64,000 nt of DNA from Parcubacteria bacterium RAAC4_OD1_1 (GTDB lineage: Bacteria > Patescibacteriota > Minisyncoccia > Phycocordibacterales > UBA9973), in assembly GCA_000505065.1 (NCBI GenBank), contig AWSN01000001.1, positions 403,647 to 467,646 of the forward strand, given 5' to 3'. The position numbers and the translations under genes are program-made. The notes beneath the pieces are model-generated. The model did no database searches. It was not told the origin of the DNA and worked only from the letters and a program-made list of their open reading frames with translations. Shown here one piece after another: positions 29,535 to 40,904 of the stretch. Within the stretch, counting starts at the first letter, position 1. The number at the start of each line of letters is the position of its first letter.

Positions 29535-29942
29535 ATGAATAAAACAACTATCGCAATAATAATATCAGTAATACTTATCGTCTCTGCTATTTTTTTTACT
29601 TCAAATAAAAATAATGGGGTAAAAGAAAAATCATCAAAGCAAACAGAGAAAATAGTAAATAACGTCTCTATAATAAATGGTAAACAAATAATAGAAATAA
29701 AAGCTAAGGGTGGATATACACCAAGAAAAAGTGTAGCTCAAGCAGGAATACCTACAATACTCCAAATAAACACAAATGGAACATTTGACTGTTCTGCTTC
29801 AATTAGAATCCCTAGTATGAATATACAAAGGAATTTACCACAATCAGGTGTAACAGATATAGAATTAGGAACAAATCCACCTGGAATACTCCAAGGCTCT
29901 TGTGGTATGGGAATGTATCCATTTCAAATAGAATTTAAATAA
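29535..29942 (+). CDS. Cupredoxin-domain protein
   Basis: N-terminal TM, GGYTP, C, CGMGMY. Confidence 0.85.
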   Translation: MNKTTIAIIISVILIVSAIFFTSNKNNGVKEKSSKQTEKIVNNVSIINGKQIIEIKAKGGYTPRKSVAQAGIPTILQINTNGTFDCSASIRIPSMNIQRNLPQSGVTDIELGTNPPGILQGSCGMGMYPFQIEFK

Positions 29943-30048
29943 ATTTACAAATAAAATACTTGCAAAAAATCATAATATTTGATATAATATATAGAGTATA
30001 AATTATATAATATTAAAAGCGAACCTAATCGCTCGTGGTTTATGTTTT

Positions 30049-30129
30049 AAATAATACATAATGGGATAGAGAAATGGTATCTCCAAAAGACTAATAGCGC
30101 GAGTAACCGGTTATGAGCCTTACGAGATA
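30049..30129 (+). repeat. Partial sense copy plus antisense copy of tRNA-fMet in its leader
   Basis: 30063-30083 is identical to 30166-30186; 30109-30129 is the exact reverse complement of 30181-30201. Confidence 0.9.
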
Positions 30130-30162
30130 TTTAAATAATTTATTAAAAATAAAATAATACAT

Positions 30163-30233
30163 AGCGGGATAGAGAAATGGTATCTCGTAAGGCTCATAAC
30201 CTTAAGAACTTGGTTCGATTCCAAGTCCCGCAA
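30163..30233 (+). tRNA. Initiator tRNA-fMet(CAT)
   Basis: A1:A72 mismatch, GCGGGA/TCCCGC acceptor, TAAGG-CTCATAA-CCTTA, GGTTCGATTCC. Confidence 0.88.
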
Positions 30234-30415
30234 CAATAAATCAAAAATCACCCATACGGGTGATTTTTGATAGTATATTTGAAAAAAATATATAATATGT
30301 TATATTATGCATTATGTAAGTGCTTGAAATGGCTGTTCGGCTTTCACCTCACATAGCCATTATGCTTAATGTTGATAGTATATCTATCGACAAAAAGCAA
30401 AGCGGTTTGCTTTTT

Positions 30416-30489
30416 GTCGGCGTAGCTCAGATGGTTAGAGCGTGGGACTCATAAGCCCAAGGTCGGAAGTTCGATTCTTCCCGCCGACA
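30416..30489 (+). tRNA. tRNA-Met(CAT), probably elongator
   Basis: GTCGGCG/CGCCGAC acceptor, TGGGA-CTCATAA-GCCCA. Confidence 0.85.
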
Positions 30490-30533
30490 CAATAAAGTGG
30501 AATTTTTTTTCATTTTATGTTAAATTGTTTTAG

Positions 30534-30580
30534 ATGCAGTTGTAGCTCAACTCAAATTGGACTATAGCGAGCACCCGCCT
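30534..30580 (+). pseudogene. Partial copy of the tRNA-Asp 5' half
   Basis: atgcagttgtagctcaact and gagcacccgcct match tRNA-Asp, separated by a 16 nt replacement of the D-loop. Confidence 0.8.
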
Positions 30581-30627
30581 TGGCAAGAGTATATATGGTA
30601 TAAAAGTTAGTTTTTGAAACAGAATAT

Positions 30628-30701
30628 GCAGTTGTAGCTCAACTGGTTAGAGCACCCGCCTGTCACGCGGGAGGTTGAGGGTTCAAGTCCCTTCGACTGC
30701 G
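30628..30701 (+). tRNA. tRNA-Asp(GTC)
   Basis: GCAGTTG...CCCGC-CTGTCAC-GCGGG...GGTTCAAGTCC...CGACTGCG. Confidence 0.95.
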
Positions 30702-30743
30702 CAAATAAAAAAATAAACCTTAATAGGTTTATTTTAAATTTGA

Positions 30744-31367
30744 TTATGCGATCACTCCTAAATCTTCCAAAAAGTTTTGATATTTTTTAACAATCTTTCT
30801 CCCTTCAATTTGGCTAATATAAAAATTTGAACCTTCATGAGCAATCTGATTTCTTACCAAATGAGCATCCCAAGCATCTTGTATGTATCTATAACCACTA
30901 TCTTTTGCAGATTCTAAAAGTTCTGATAAGGTAGCACCAGTTAATCCTCTTTCTTGTAAAATTTCCTCTAAAAATGAATCTGCTTCTATTATTGCTACTC
31001 TCCAATCAGACTCATTGGGGCTTTCTATTAAAGTAAGAATATAATGCCATCTTGGATTTTGATTCTTTTCTATTTCTTTTTTGCGAGCCATCGCTAAATG
31101 TATCTCGTGCTCTATTTCTTCTTTATCTGCAATCTGAATTTCTCTCATTCTCACAAGAGAAAAAATAATAATTGCGAGTAAGATTAAAGATAATATCATA
31201 GATATGATTCCTATAGTGCTCCATAAATTAGGATTAGTAATAAATGCATAAACAGGCTCAATTCCTCGTGTAATCTTAAAAAACACATAATCCATATTAA
31301 GGAATGTTGGATCGAACAATGGGTTTTCTATAATAGGTTGTATTTGTAAACTTGTTTGTTCTTCCAT
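30744..31367 (-). CDS. Hypothetical single-TM protein
   Basis: 207 aa; WRVAIIEAD, AWDAHLVRNQIAHE (R-x4-H, HEPN-like tail). Confidence 0.7.
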   Translation of the reverse strand: MEEQTSLQIQPIIENPLFDPTFLNMDYVFFKITRGIEPVYAFITNPNLWSTIGIISMILSLILLAIIIFSLVRMREIQIADKEEIEHEIHLAMARKKEIEKNQNPRWHYILTLIESPNESDWRVAIIEADSFLEEILQERGLTGATLSELLESAKDSGYRYIQDAWDAHLVRNQIAHEGSNFYISQIEGRKIVKKYQNFLEDLGVIA

Positions 31368-31383
31368 ATAGTATATTTATTAT

Positions 31384-31420
31384 ACCCTGTAGTGGATTTT
31401 TTACAAAATTAACTAGGGAT
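31384..31420. repeat. ACCCTGTAGTG element, copy 2
   Basis: accctgtagtggattttttacaaaattaactagggat; abuts a minus-strand TATAAT. Confidence 0.65.
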
Positions 31421-32844
31421 TATACCAACTTTTCTATATCTTTCCCTATATCAAATAAATTTTCTTCACACCATTTAGGAGCGGTAATTTGAATAGAAGT
31501 GGGAAGTCCTTCTTCTGTCTTTCCCGTAGGAATCGCAATAGCAGGACACTCAGAAAGATTTGCTGGAGCAGAAAAAACATCAGATAGATACATAGAAACA
31601 GGATCAGATAATTTCTCTCCAAGTTTAAATGGTAAAGTAGGAGCTGTCGGAGTAGCAATAAAATCCACATCTTCGAAAGCTTTCTCTATTTCTTTAGTTA
31701 GAGCATCTCTAATTAAAAGAGCACTATTATAATATGCATCATAATATCCATGAGAAAGAACGTAGGCTCCTAGTATCATTCTTCTTCTTACTTCTATCCC
31801 AAAACCTTTACCTCTTGAAAATTTATAAGTATCGATAAGATTGTCTCCTTTTATTTGATCACCATATCTAAGACCATCAAAACGTGCTAGATTTGTAGAA
31901 CTTTCTGCTGGCATAAGTATATAATAAACTGCAAGAGCATAAGGGGTAAGAGGTTGATCTATGTTTACTACTTTATATCCATCATTTTTAAGAAGTTCTA
32001 TGGTCTTCCAAAAACTATCTAAAACTTTTTTATCTATTCCGGGACCCTCAAGAAATGCTTTAGGAATACCTATTATTCCTTTTTTATCTTTCTTCAATCT
32101 GTTTTTTCTTTCTTCTATTTTTACAGAAGTGCTATCATTTTTATCATAACTTAAAATAGTCTTATATACTATCTCTGCATCAGAAACAGTATGTGCAGTA
32201 GGCCCAATTTGATCCAGAGAACTCCCCATAGCCATAAGACCAAACCTAGAAACTGCTCCATATGTAGGTTTAAGGCCCACAAGACCACAAAATGCTGATG
32301 GTTGCCTTATAGAACCACAAGTTTCACTACCTAGGGCAACCAATGCTCCATACATAGATACGGCTGCCACTGAGCCACCCGAAGACCCTCCTGGTACTCT
32401 TTCTTCATCTAAGGGATTTCTAGTTACTCCATAAGCGCTTGTTTCAGTAGAAGAACCCATAGCAAATTCATCCATATTTGTTCTCCCTAAAAATATTGCA
32501 TTATGATTTTTTAGATTTTCTATAACAGTTGAGTCATAACTTGCAACATAACCTTTTAATATTTTTGAAGCAGATGTAGCAGATTTACCTTTTATTAAAA
32601 TATTATCCTTAATAGCCATAGGGATACCTGTCATAATTGTTGCTGTACCATTTTCAAATTTTTCTTCAGCTTTTTTTATCTGATCATCAATATCATCAAA
32701 TATTTCAATGTAAGCATTAATTCTTTCATTCTTTTCTTTTATAATAGCAAGATAAGCATCTACTAAATCTCTAACCTTATATTCTCCATTTATAAGTGAA
32801 TTGTGAACTTTTTCAATTGTTAAGTTTTTTAAATCAATATTCAT
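31420..32844 (-). CDS. gatA: Glu/Asp-tRNA amidotransferase subunit A
   Basis: IKDNI, NMDEFAMGSS, PGGSSGGS, RRMILG. Confidence 0.96.
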   Translation of the reverse strand: MNIDLKNLTIEKVHNSLINGEYKVRDLVDAYLAIIKEKNERINAYIEIFDDIDDQIKKAEEKFENGTATIMTGIPMAIKDNILIKGKSATSASKILKGYVASYDSTVIENLKNHNAIFLGRTNMDEFAMGSSTETSAYGVTRNPLDEERVPGGSSGGSVAAVSMYGALVALGSETCGSIRQPSAFCGLVGLKPTYGAVSRFGLMAMGSSLDQIGPTAHTVSDAEIVYKTILSYDKNDSTSVKIEERKNRLKKDKKGIIGIPKAFLEGPGIDKKVLDSFWKTIELLKNDGYKVVNIDQPLTPYALAVYYILMPAESSTNLARFDGLRYGDQIKGDNLIDTYKFSRGKGFGIEVRRRMILGAYVLSHGYYDAYYNSALLIRDALTKEIEKAFEDVDFIATPTAPTLPFKLGEKLSDPVSMYLSDVFSAPANLSECPAIAIPTGKTEEGLPTSIQITAPKWCEENLFDIGKDIEKLV

Positions 32845-32850
32845 AAAAAA

Positions 32851-33147
32851 TTACAAGATTTTATCTACCTTTAAATACCTTCCTTCTTTTTCAGGCATAT
32901 TTGAGATAATTTGAGATGAAAAATCAGGACGTCCCTCATCATAAACATCATCTCTTAATATATTTGTAAGATCTTTTCTTTCAAGTTTTATATTAATACT
33001 CCCAAGCATTTCTTTTGCTTTTCTTATCTGATCTACATAATCTAAAATAGGGCCAAAATCTTTTGCAATCCCCTCCATTTCATCCTCGGACATATCTATC
33101 CTAGACATCTCTGCTAATTTTTTAATATCTTCTAATCCTATTACCAT
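32851..33147 (-). CDS. gatC: Glu/Asp-tRNA amidotransferase subunit C
   Basis: LAEMSRI, ILDYV, NILRDD, YLKVDKIL; upstream of gatA. Confidence 0.88.
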   Translation of the reverse strand: MVIGLEDIKKLAEMSRIDMSEDEMEGIAKDFGPILDYVDQIRKAKEMLGSINIKLERKDLTNILRDDVYDEGRPDFSSQIISNMPEKEGRYLKVDKIL

Positions 33148-33165
33148 ATTTAAAATATAGCATAT

Positions 33166-35644
<2,479 letters not shown>

Positions 35645-35650
35645 AAAAAA

Positions 35651-36217
35651 TTAATTAGTCCAATTAAGAATACTATACTCTAAACTTCTCGACCTCACCA
35701 AATTACCATTTTTCCATTCAACGGTGACATACATATCTATCTGATTTGGATTACTACTATTACCTTCAATTACAATTTTTCTCTTAAAATTACTATTGCC
35801 GGGTAAAGAATTATAATTATAATAAGGTATACTACCTTCATCCAAAGTAAATCTTGGGCAAACTATTTCACCAAAAGATTCATCTGGGTCTGAAGAGCAA
35901 GAATAAATACTATTATCTAGTATATTCAAATAACATCCATCAACTGTACTACAAGAATTGTATTTTGAGATGAAGCTATTCCAATCTTGCCCACCTAATA
36001 TAACCGAGGTATCTCTATCATTTCTCACATAATCAACAGCTTCTTGCATTAGATAAGTGGCTGTAATTTCATTTTTTGAATAAACGGCAGAAAAATAACT
36101 ACTGGAAATCATCCCAACAATACCAACAACAGATAAAGAAAGTATGAAAACAGCAACCATTGTTTCAATAAGAGTAAAACCTTTTATGATTTTTATTTTT
36201 TCTTTATAAATTTTCAT
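35651..36217 (-). CDS. PilV-like minor pilin
   Basis: KG/FTLIETMVA; QEAVDYVRN. Confidence 0.8.
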   Translation of the reverse strand: MKIYKEKIKIIKGFTLIETMVAVFILSLSVVGIVGMISSSYFSAVYSKNEITATYLMQEAVDYVRNDRDTSVILGGQDWNSFISKYNSCSTVDGCYLNILDNSIYSCSSDPDESFGEIVCPRFTLDEGSIPYYNYNSLPGNSNFKRKIVIEGNSSNPNQIDMYVTVEWKNGNLVRSRSLEYSILNWTN

Positions 36218-36218
36218 A

Positions 36219-36860
36219 TTAATCCAAATTCCTCTGTGAAGCTAATGTTTGTAAAGCAAATGAAACATTTTCTCCATTTTTAAGTTCAACGACCCCCTTC
36301 ATATAAATAAGAACCTTGGCTTGATTAAAATCTCCGCCAGAAATTTTAGATGAACCAGAAACAACAAATTTTAATTCTTTTATATCTACATTTGGAGAAG
36401 TGATTCCTACACAAGGAAAAAGACCAGAAGAAGCCCGATATTCACAACGCTCCACAGAGCCCTTACCATCAACAGTTTCGAGTTTATAAGCAATTCTATC
36501 TAAATTAGACTCTTTATCTTGTGGAATAATAGAAATATTTGAGTCAGAAAGACAATCACTAGGAAGAGGATCATTTATTATATCAATAGAAGAAGCACAA
36601 GTATACCCGGTCCCCATACGAATAGTTCTAGATATGCTATCCATCGCAAAATTTACATTATCCATAGAATACCTTAAAGCTCTAGCTTTTTTTGAAACAT
36701 CTAAAGATATAAAAAGTGAACTCATCGCAGCAAGCATTATCATCATAAAAACAGATATCGAAACCATAAGCTCAATAAGAGTAAAACCATCTTGCCTTTT
36801 ATATGATAAAGTAAGATCTTTATAATTTTTTATTTTTTTCTTTATAAAATTTAATTTCAT
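36219..36860 (-). CDS. PilW-like minor pilin
   Basis: DG/FTLIELMVS; C-terminal LQTLASQR. Confidence 0.8.
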   Translation of the reverse strand: MKLNFIKKKIKNYKDLTLSYKRQDGFTLIELMVSISVFMMIMLAAMSSLFISLDVSKKARALRYSMDNVNFAMDSISRTIRMGTGYTCASSIDIINDPLPSDCLSDSNISIIPQDKESNLDRIAYKLETVDGKGSVERCEYRASSGLFPCVGITSPNVDIKELKFVVSGSSKISGGDFNQAKVLIYMKGVVELKNGENVSFALQTLASQRNLD

Positions 36861-36869
36861 TTTTATTAT

Positions 36870-37544
36870 TTAATTTATATAAATCTGACCTGTACTCCAA
36901 ATAGTAACAGATTTACTTATTTTATTTTCAGTTTGAGAAACTCCATTTTCTATATATATTATAACATGAGAAACACTCGCAATACACGAAGAAGATAAAC
37001 TTTCTTTATAACAAAAGACTGCTTCAGGATTTGGTCTTTTAAATAACACATTTATAGATGAATTTATTCCCATAATATCACAATCAGAACCATTACAAAT
37101 TTCTATTTTTGAAATCTTGTCATTATTTTTTATTGTTAAATATTCTAAACATTCATTTTGACTACTAGGGGTACCACAAGAAAAAGATTCCGAATCAACA
37201 GTATAATCATATTGACCATTACCTGAAACATCTGTAAATATAACTATTGATTTACTTGAGGATAGCGGATAAGAATATGGAATTTGTTCTCCAATAGACA
37301 TATTTACACCATAAGAATAATCAAAATTAAGACCCAACCCCCTTGCACCTATAGCATAACCTTGAACTTTCCTTATAGATAAAGCGAGATCATCAGCTAG
37401 ATTTTGTATAGAAATACTAGAATTAAATTTATTATAATTAAAAATAGAAATAGAAGAAACTATTATAAAAATAATCGAAACAACAAGAAGCTCAACCAAT
37501 GTCATTCCTTTATTTTTTTTTATTTTTAAAAATTTATTTTTCAT
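36870..37544 (-). CDS. FimT/GspH-like minor pilin
   Basis: KG/MTLVELLVV; IRKVQGYA. Confidence 0.8.
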   Translation of the reverse strand: MKNKFLKIKKNKGMTLVELLVVSIIFIIVSSISIFNYNKFNSSISIQNLADDLALSIRKVQGYAIGARGLGLNFDYSYGVNMSIGEQIPYSYPLSSSKSIVIFTDVSGNGQYDYTVDSESFSCGTPSSQNECLEYLTIKNNDKISKIEICNGSDCDIMGINSSINVLFKRPNPEAVFCYKESLSSSCIASVSHVIIYIENGVSQTENKISKSVTIWSTGQIYIN

Positions 37545-37554
37545 CTTAATGAAA

Positions 37555-38367
37555 TTAGAAAATAGAAAGCAATTTGTAAATATTTATATTAAACAAAAAC
37601 ACAATTAAAGTCCCAAGTATTAAAAAGGGAGCAAAAGGTATTTCTGTTTTACTGTTCACCTTTGTAAATCTCTTAAAAATTAAAGCAAATATTCCAAATA
37701 TTCCACCAATCCAAAATGAAATCATAAGAGCTACTATCCCCATATTGAGTCCAAGCATCCATCCGATACCAAGCATTAATTTAGCATCCCCAAAACCCAT
37801 CCACTTACCAGAAGAAAAATACCAAATGAGAGCAAAAGGTAGAGCAAGCATAGGCCCTGCTAATACACCCCAAATTGATGGGATAACAAAAAACGAACCG
37901 ACACCAGTAGTATTTATAAAAATAAGCAAAAATGAAATTATTATATATGTATATACTAAAGAGTCGGGAATTATTTTATGACGAAAATCATAAACACAAA
38001 TAATAATAAGAATAGAAAATATAAACAAAAATATAGAAAGTAAAACAACAAAATTTATAGTAGAAATTTCTAAAATAGGATAAAGATGATATGCAATTAA
38101 AGTGAATATAACTCCTGTAAAAAATTCTACAAGTGGGTATTGATAAGAGATTTTGGCACGACACCCCCTACATCTACCAAACTGAAAAAGAAAACTAAAC
38201 ATTGGTATGAGCTCATTCCAGTGCAAGCTCTTGCCACAGGTCATACACATTGATTTGCCTTTTGTTATTTTTTTACCAGTATTAAAACGGTAAATAACTA
38301 CATTTAAAAAACTACCAATAATAACCCCTAAAATAAATATAAAAACAAAAGTAAAAATTTCAATCAT
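37555..38367 (-). CDS. pilD: Prepilin peptidase/N-methyltransferase
   Basis: GSFLNVVIYR, CxxC..CxxC, MGFGDAKL, IPFAPFL. Confidence 0.95.
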   Translation of the reverse strand: MIEIFTFVFIFILGVIIGSFLNVVIYRFNTGKKITKGKSMCMTCGKSLHWNELIPMFSFLFQFGRCRGCRAKISYQYPLVEFFTGVIFTLIAYHLYPILEISTINFVVLLSIFLFIFSILIIICVYDFRHKIIPDSLVYTYIIISFLLIFINTTGVGSFFVIPSIWGVLAGPMLALPFALIWYFSSGKWMGFGDAKLMLGIGWMLGLNMGIVALMISFWIGGIFGIFALIFKRFTKVNSKTEIPFAPFLILGTLIVFLFNINIYKLLSIF

Positions 38368-38432
38368 AATTATATTATATCACTATAAAACAAAAATAAA
38401 AACTGCAAAACATTTTTATCTATATACACAAG

Positions 38433-38455
38433 TGCGCAAGAACCGTTCTTGCGCA
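38433..38455. repeat. REP-like palindrome downstream of RAYT
   Basis: TGCGCAAGAA-ccg-TTCTTGCGCA. Confidence 0.85.
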
Positions 38456-38467
38456 TACTTGCACATA

Positions 38468-39136
38468 TTATTTAATGAAATAATTCTCAACAAATTCTTT
38501 AAAAGATTTTATATTTTGAAAAAAATCTGGAAATTTATCTTTTTGTAAAATATTATACTCTGTCCTTTTATAACCTATATAATCTTGATAACTTGAATAT
38601 TTATAAAATTCTATAAAATTTTTCATTTTTATCGATGAAAACATCTTTAAATTTGTTTCCCATTTGGGAAATTCCAACTCAAGTGGATTTAGATGTATAT
38701 ATGCAAATAATTGTCTCATATAATTATCATCATTCCCTATTAATTTAGACTTAAACAATCCACCAAATAAAGCACCTTTTCTGTCATATTTAATATTAAA
38801 AAACATAGAATACCCAACCCCTAATTTTCTCATAAATTTGGTTATACCTCCATCCACTTCTTGTTTAATCATTATATGAAAATGATTTGGCATTAAACAC
38901 CAGGCCCCAATAGAAACTAACAAATGATCTTTTTTAATTTTTAAAATTTCATCTATCTTCTTATTTTGTCTATTTATAATATCATCAAGACGAAAAGATT
39001 TTTCAGAATTAGAAAGATATAACAAAATAATAAATCTTTCATAATCTTTATGTGATTTAAAAATTATCCGTTTATCTATCCCCCTATTATAAATATGATA
39101 ATATTCACCAGTTATAAATGGATCCTTCCTTAACAT
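38468..39136 (-). mobile_element. REP-associated tyrosine transposase (RAYT; IS200/Y1 HUH family)
   Basis: YYHIYNRG, CLMPNHFH (HUH), YIHLNP, YSSY; likely start MLRKDPF at 39136; flanked by inverted REP-like palindromes. Confidence 0.92.
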
Positions 39137-39166
39137 ACTTAATATTATATTAATAATTTTAAAATA

Positions 39167-39213
39167 GCGCAAGAACGGTTCTTGCGTATGTTGGTTCTTG
39201 CGTATGTGCGTAT
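39167..39213. repeat. REP-like palindrome upstream of RAYT plus tandem partial copies
   Basis: GCGCAAGAA-cgg-TTCTTGCGT followed by ggttcttgcgtatg and tgcgtat. Confidence 0.85.
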
Positions 39214-39269
39214 ATAATCTTTATCTTTATCTTTATGAAAGGGATTCATATTAAAGACTTACTTCATAA

Positions 39270-39305
39270 ATAAAAACAACCCCAAGAATACTTGGGGTTG
39301 TTTTA
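39270..39305 (-). terminator. Terminator after the pilin genes
   Basis: aaaacaaccccaag-aata-cttggggttgtttt. Confidence 0.75.
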
Positions 39306-39319
39306 TGGTTGCGATTAAG

Positions 39320-39793
39320 TTAATTACATTGTGTTTGAGCTACAGTAAAAGCAGTATCTAGTGTTGTGTAAGCTACACCTGACCTATTTTTAGTACTAGC
39401 CCAACCAGAAGAATCTACACAAAAGACACCAGATGAAAGACTAGAAGAAACTGCCCAAGTGGCCCCATCTGCAGGTAAACCAAGAGAAGAAACACATCTA
39501 GTAGCAGGAATATCTAATCCTTCAAACAAATTACCTAAACCATTATTTGCTGTTTCAAATAATGTATTAGTAGCAGAAGCTCCTATTGGACACTGAGAAG
39601 CTGTGAAGGCTGTCCCTATTCCTGAATAAAGCAACGATTGAGATCTCATATTTGAAATTTGTGCTTGAATTTTTGCGTCAGCACCTTTTTGTCTTGCACT
39701 TGAAAGTGAAGCAAGAACAACTGAAGCCAAAATACCGATGATTGCGATAACGACTAACAATTCAATTAATGTAAAACCTTTATTTTTTTGCAT
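39320..39793 (-). CDS. Type IV pilin
   Basis: [26 protein letters not shown]; FCVDSSG; terminal Cys. Confidence 0.93.
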   Translation of the reverse strand: MQKNKGFTLIELLVVIAIIGILASVVLASLSSARQKGADAKIQAQISNMRSQSLLYSGIGTAFTASQCPIGASATNTLFETANNGLGNLFEGLDIPATRCVSSLGLPADGATWAVSSSLSSGVFCVDSSGWASTKNRSGVAYTTLDTAFTVAQTQCN

Positions 39794-39820
39794 AATTAAT
39801 TTTATTTAAGATTAATAATA

Positions 39821-40315
39821 TTATGGACAAGATACTATATTGACACCAAGAGAATCAACTTCTTTTGATTTACCAGAAGAATCCACACACCATCCATAAT
39901 TAGTTGTTAAGGGACCTTTTAATGGTACAACAACAGCCCAAGCAGATGGATTAGAACCACTACGCACCCTGTCGTGACAAACAGCAACTCTATTAGTCGT
40001 AGAAAAAGCAGTATCATCACCACCTACCGTACCTTGATTATTATCAAACTTTTTATAAGCAGCTAAGACTAAATCACTGATACCATTTAAACTAGAAGCT
40101 GTGGTACAAACACCTTCATAACCATTAGTTAAATCCTTCCCTAATGCATACAATTCAGCTTGAGAACGTGCACTATTTAAGGTTGATTTTATGGCAGCAT
40201 CAGCACCTTTATTTCTTGCATTTGAAAGTGAAGCAAGTATAACCGAGGCCAAAATACCGATAATTGCAATAACAACCAGTAATTCAATTAATGTAAAACC
40301 TTTATTTTTTTGCAT
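39821..40315 (-). CDS. Type IV pilin
   Basis: [26 protein letters not shown]; WCVDSSG. Confidence 0.93.
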   Translation of the reverse strand: MQKNKGFTLIELLVVIAIIGILASVILASLSNARNKGADAAIKSTLNSARSQAELYALGKDLTNGYEGVCTTASSLNGISDLVLAAYKKFDNNQGTVGGDDTAFSTTNRVAVCHDRVRSGSNPSAWAVVVPLKGPLTTNYGWCVDSSGKSKEVDSLGVNIVSCP

Positions 40316-40421
40316 AATTAATTTTATTTTAATAATTTTATCTTAATAAAGATACGACTTTTAAATTTTAAGATTATATTTATTATAACATACAAAAAAC
40401 CAAAAAGCACAAGTGGAAAAC

Positions 40422-40449
40422 TTAAAACACCCCTTTTGGGGTGTTTTAA
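40422..40449 (-). terminator. Terminator after the first pilin
   Basis: ttaaaacacccc-tttt-ggggtgttttaa. Confidence 0.75.
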
Positions 40450-40469
40450 TATAATAATTTAAATAATTA

Positions 40470-40904
40470 TTATGGAGTTGGAACCTCACAAAGACCTGTT
40501 GTTGCATTAGCAACTTTTGTCCCTGTCTCGGCTGTCCCAATTGAGTCAACACAGAAAAATTGAGTAGCATCACTTACAAGAGGAGCTGAAACTGCCCAAG
40601 CTGTACCTATAGAATTACATGTTGGATTAGCAACACCTTCTAAAAGGTTTAATAAACCATTAGCATCTGTAAAGATAGTTCCTGCTTCCGTACAAGAACC
40701 TGCAGTTGTATTTGCTGTCCCATAACTAGCTGGTGTTTGACTATTGTAATAAAGCTCTGCTTGTGCTCTCATATTTGAAAGCTGTGCTTGAATTTTTGCG
40801 TCAGCACCTTTTTGTCTTGCACTTGAAAGTGAAGCAAGAACAACTGAAGCCAAAACGATAACGACTAACAATTCAATTAATGTAAAACCTTTATTTTTTT
40901 GCAT
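40470..40904 (-). CDS. Type IV pilin with a 4 aa deletion in the N-terminal helix
   Basis: [22 protein letters not shown]; 12 bp missing relative to 39320-39793; FCVDS. Confidence 0.88.
   Translation of the reverse strand: MQKNKGFTLIELLVVIVLASVVLASLSSARQKGADAKIQAQLSNMRAQAELYYNSQTPASYGTANTTAGSCTEAGTIFTDANGLLNLLEGVANPTCNSIGTAWAVSAPLVSDATQFFCVDSIGTAETGTKVANATTGLCEVPTP

Noticed and set aside
25937-29942. Copper operon as a novel system
   Set aside because: CsoR-CopA with HMA/DsbD_2 and cupredoxin genes is a known arrangement.
30049-30701. tRNA fragments as prophage or genomic-island att sites
   Set aside because: No integrase or cargo lies between fragment and gene; the copies are 5' halves or inverted and within about 100 bp.
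39320-40904. Diversity-generating retroelement acting on the pilins
   Set aside because: No reverse transcriptase in the window; the shared sequence is the constant 5' part, without adenine-specific mismatches.
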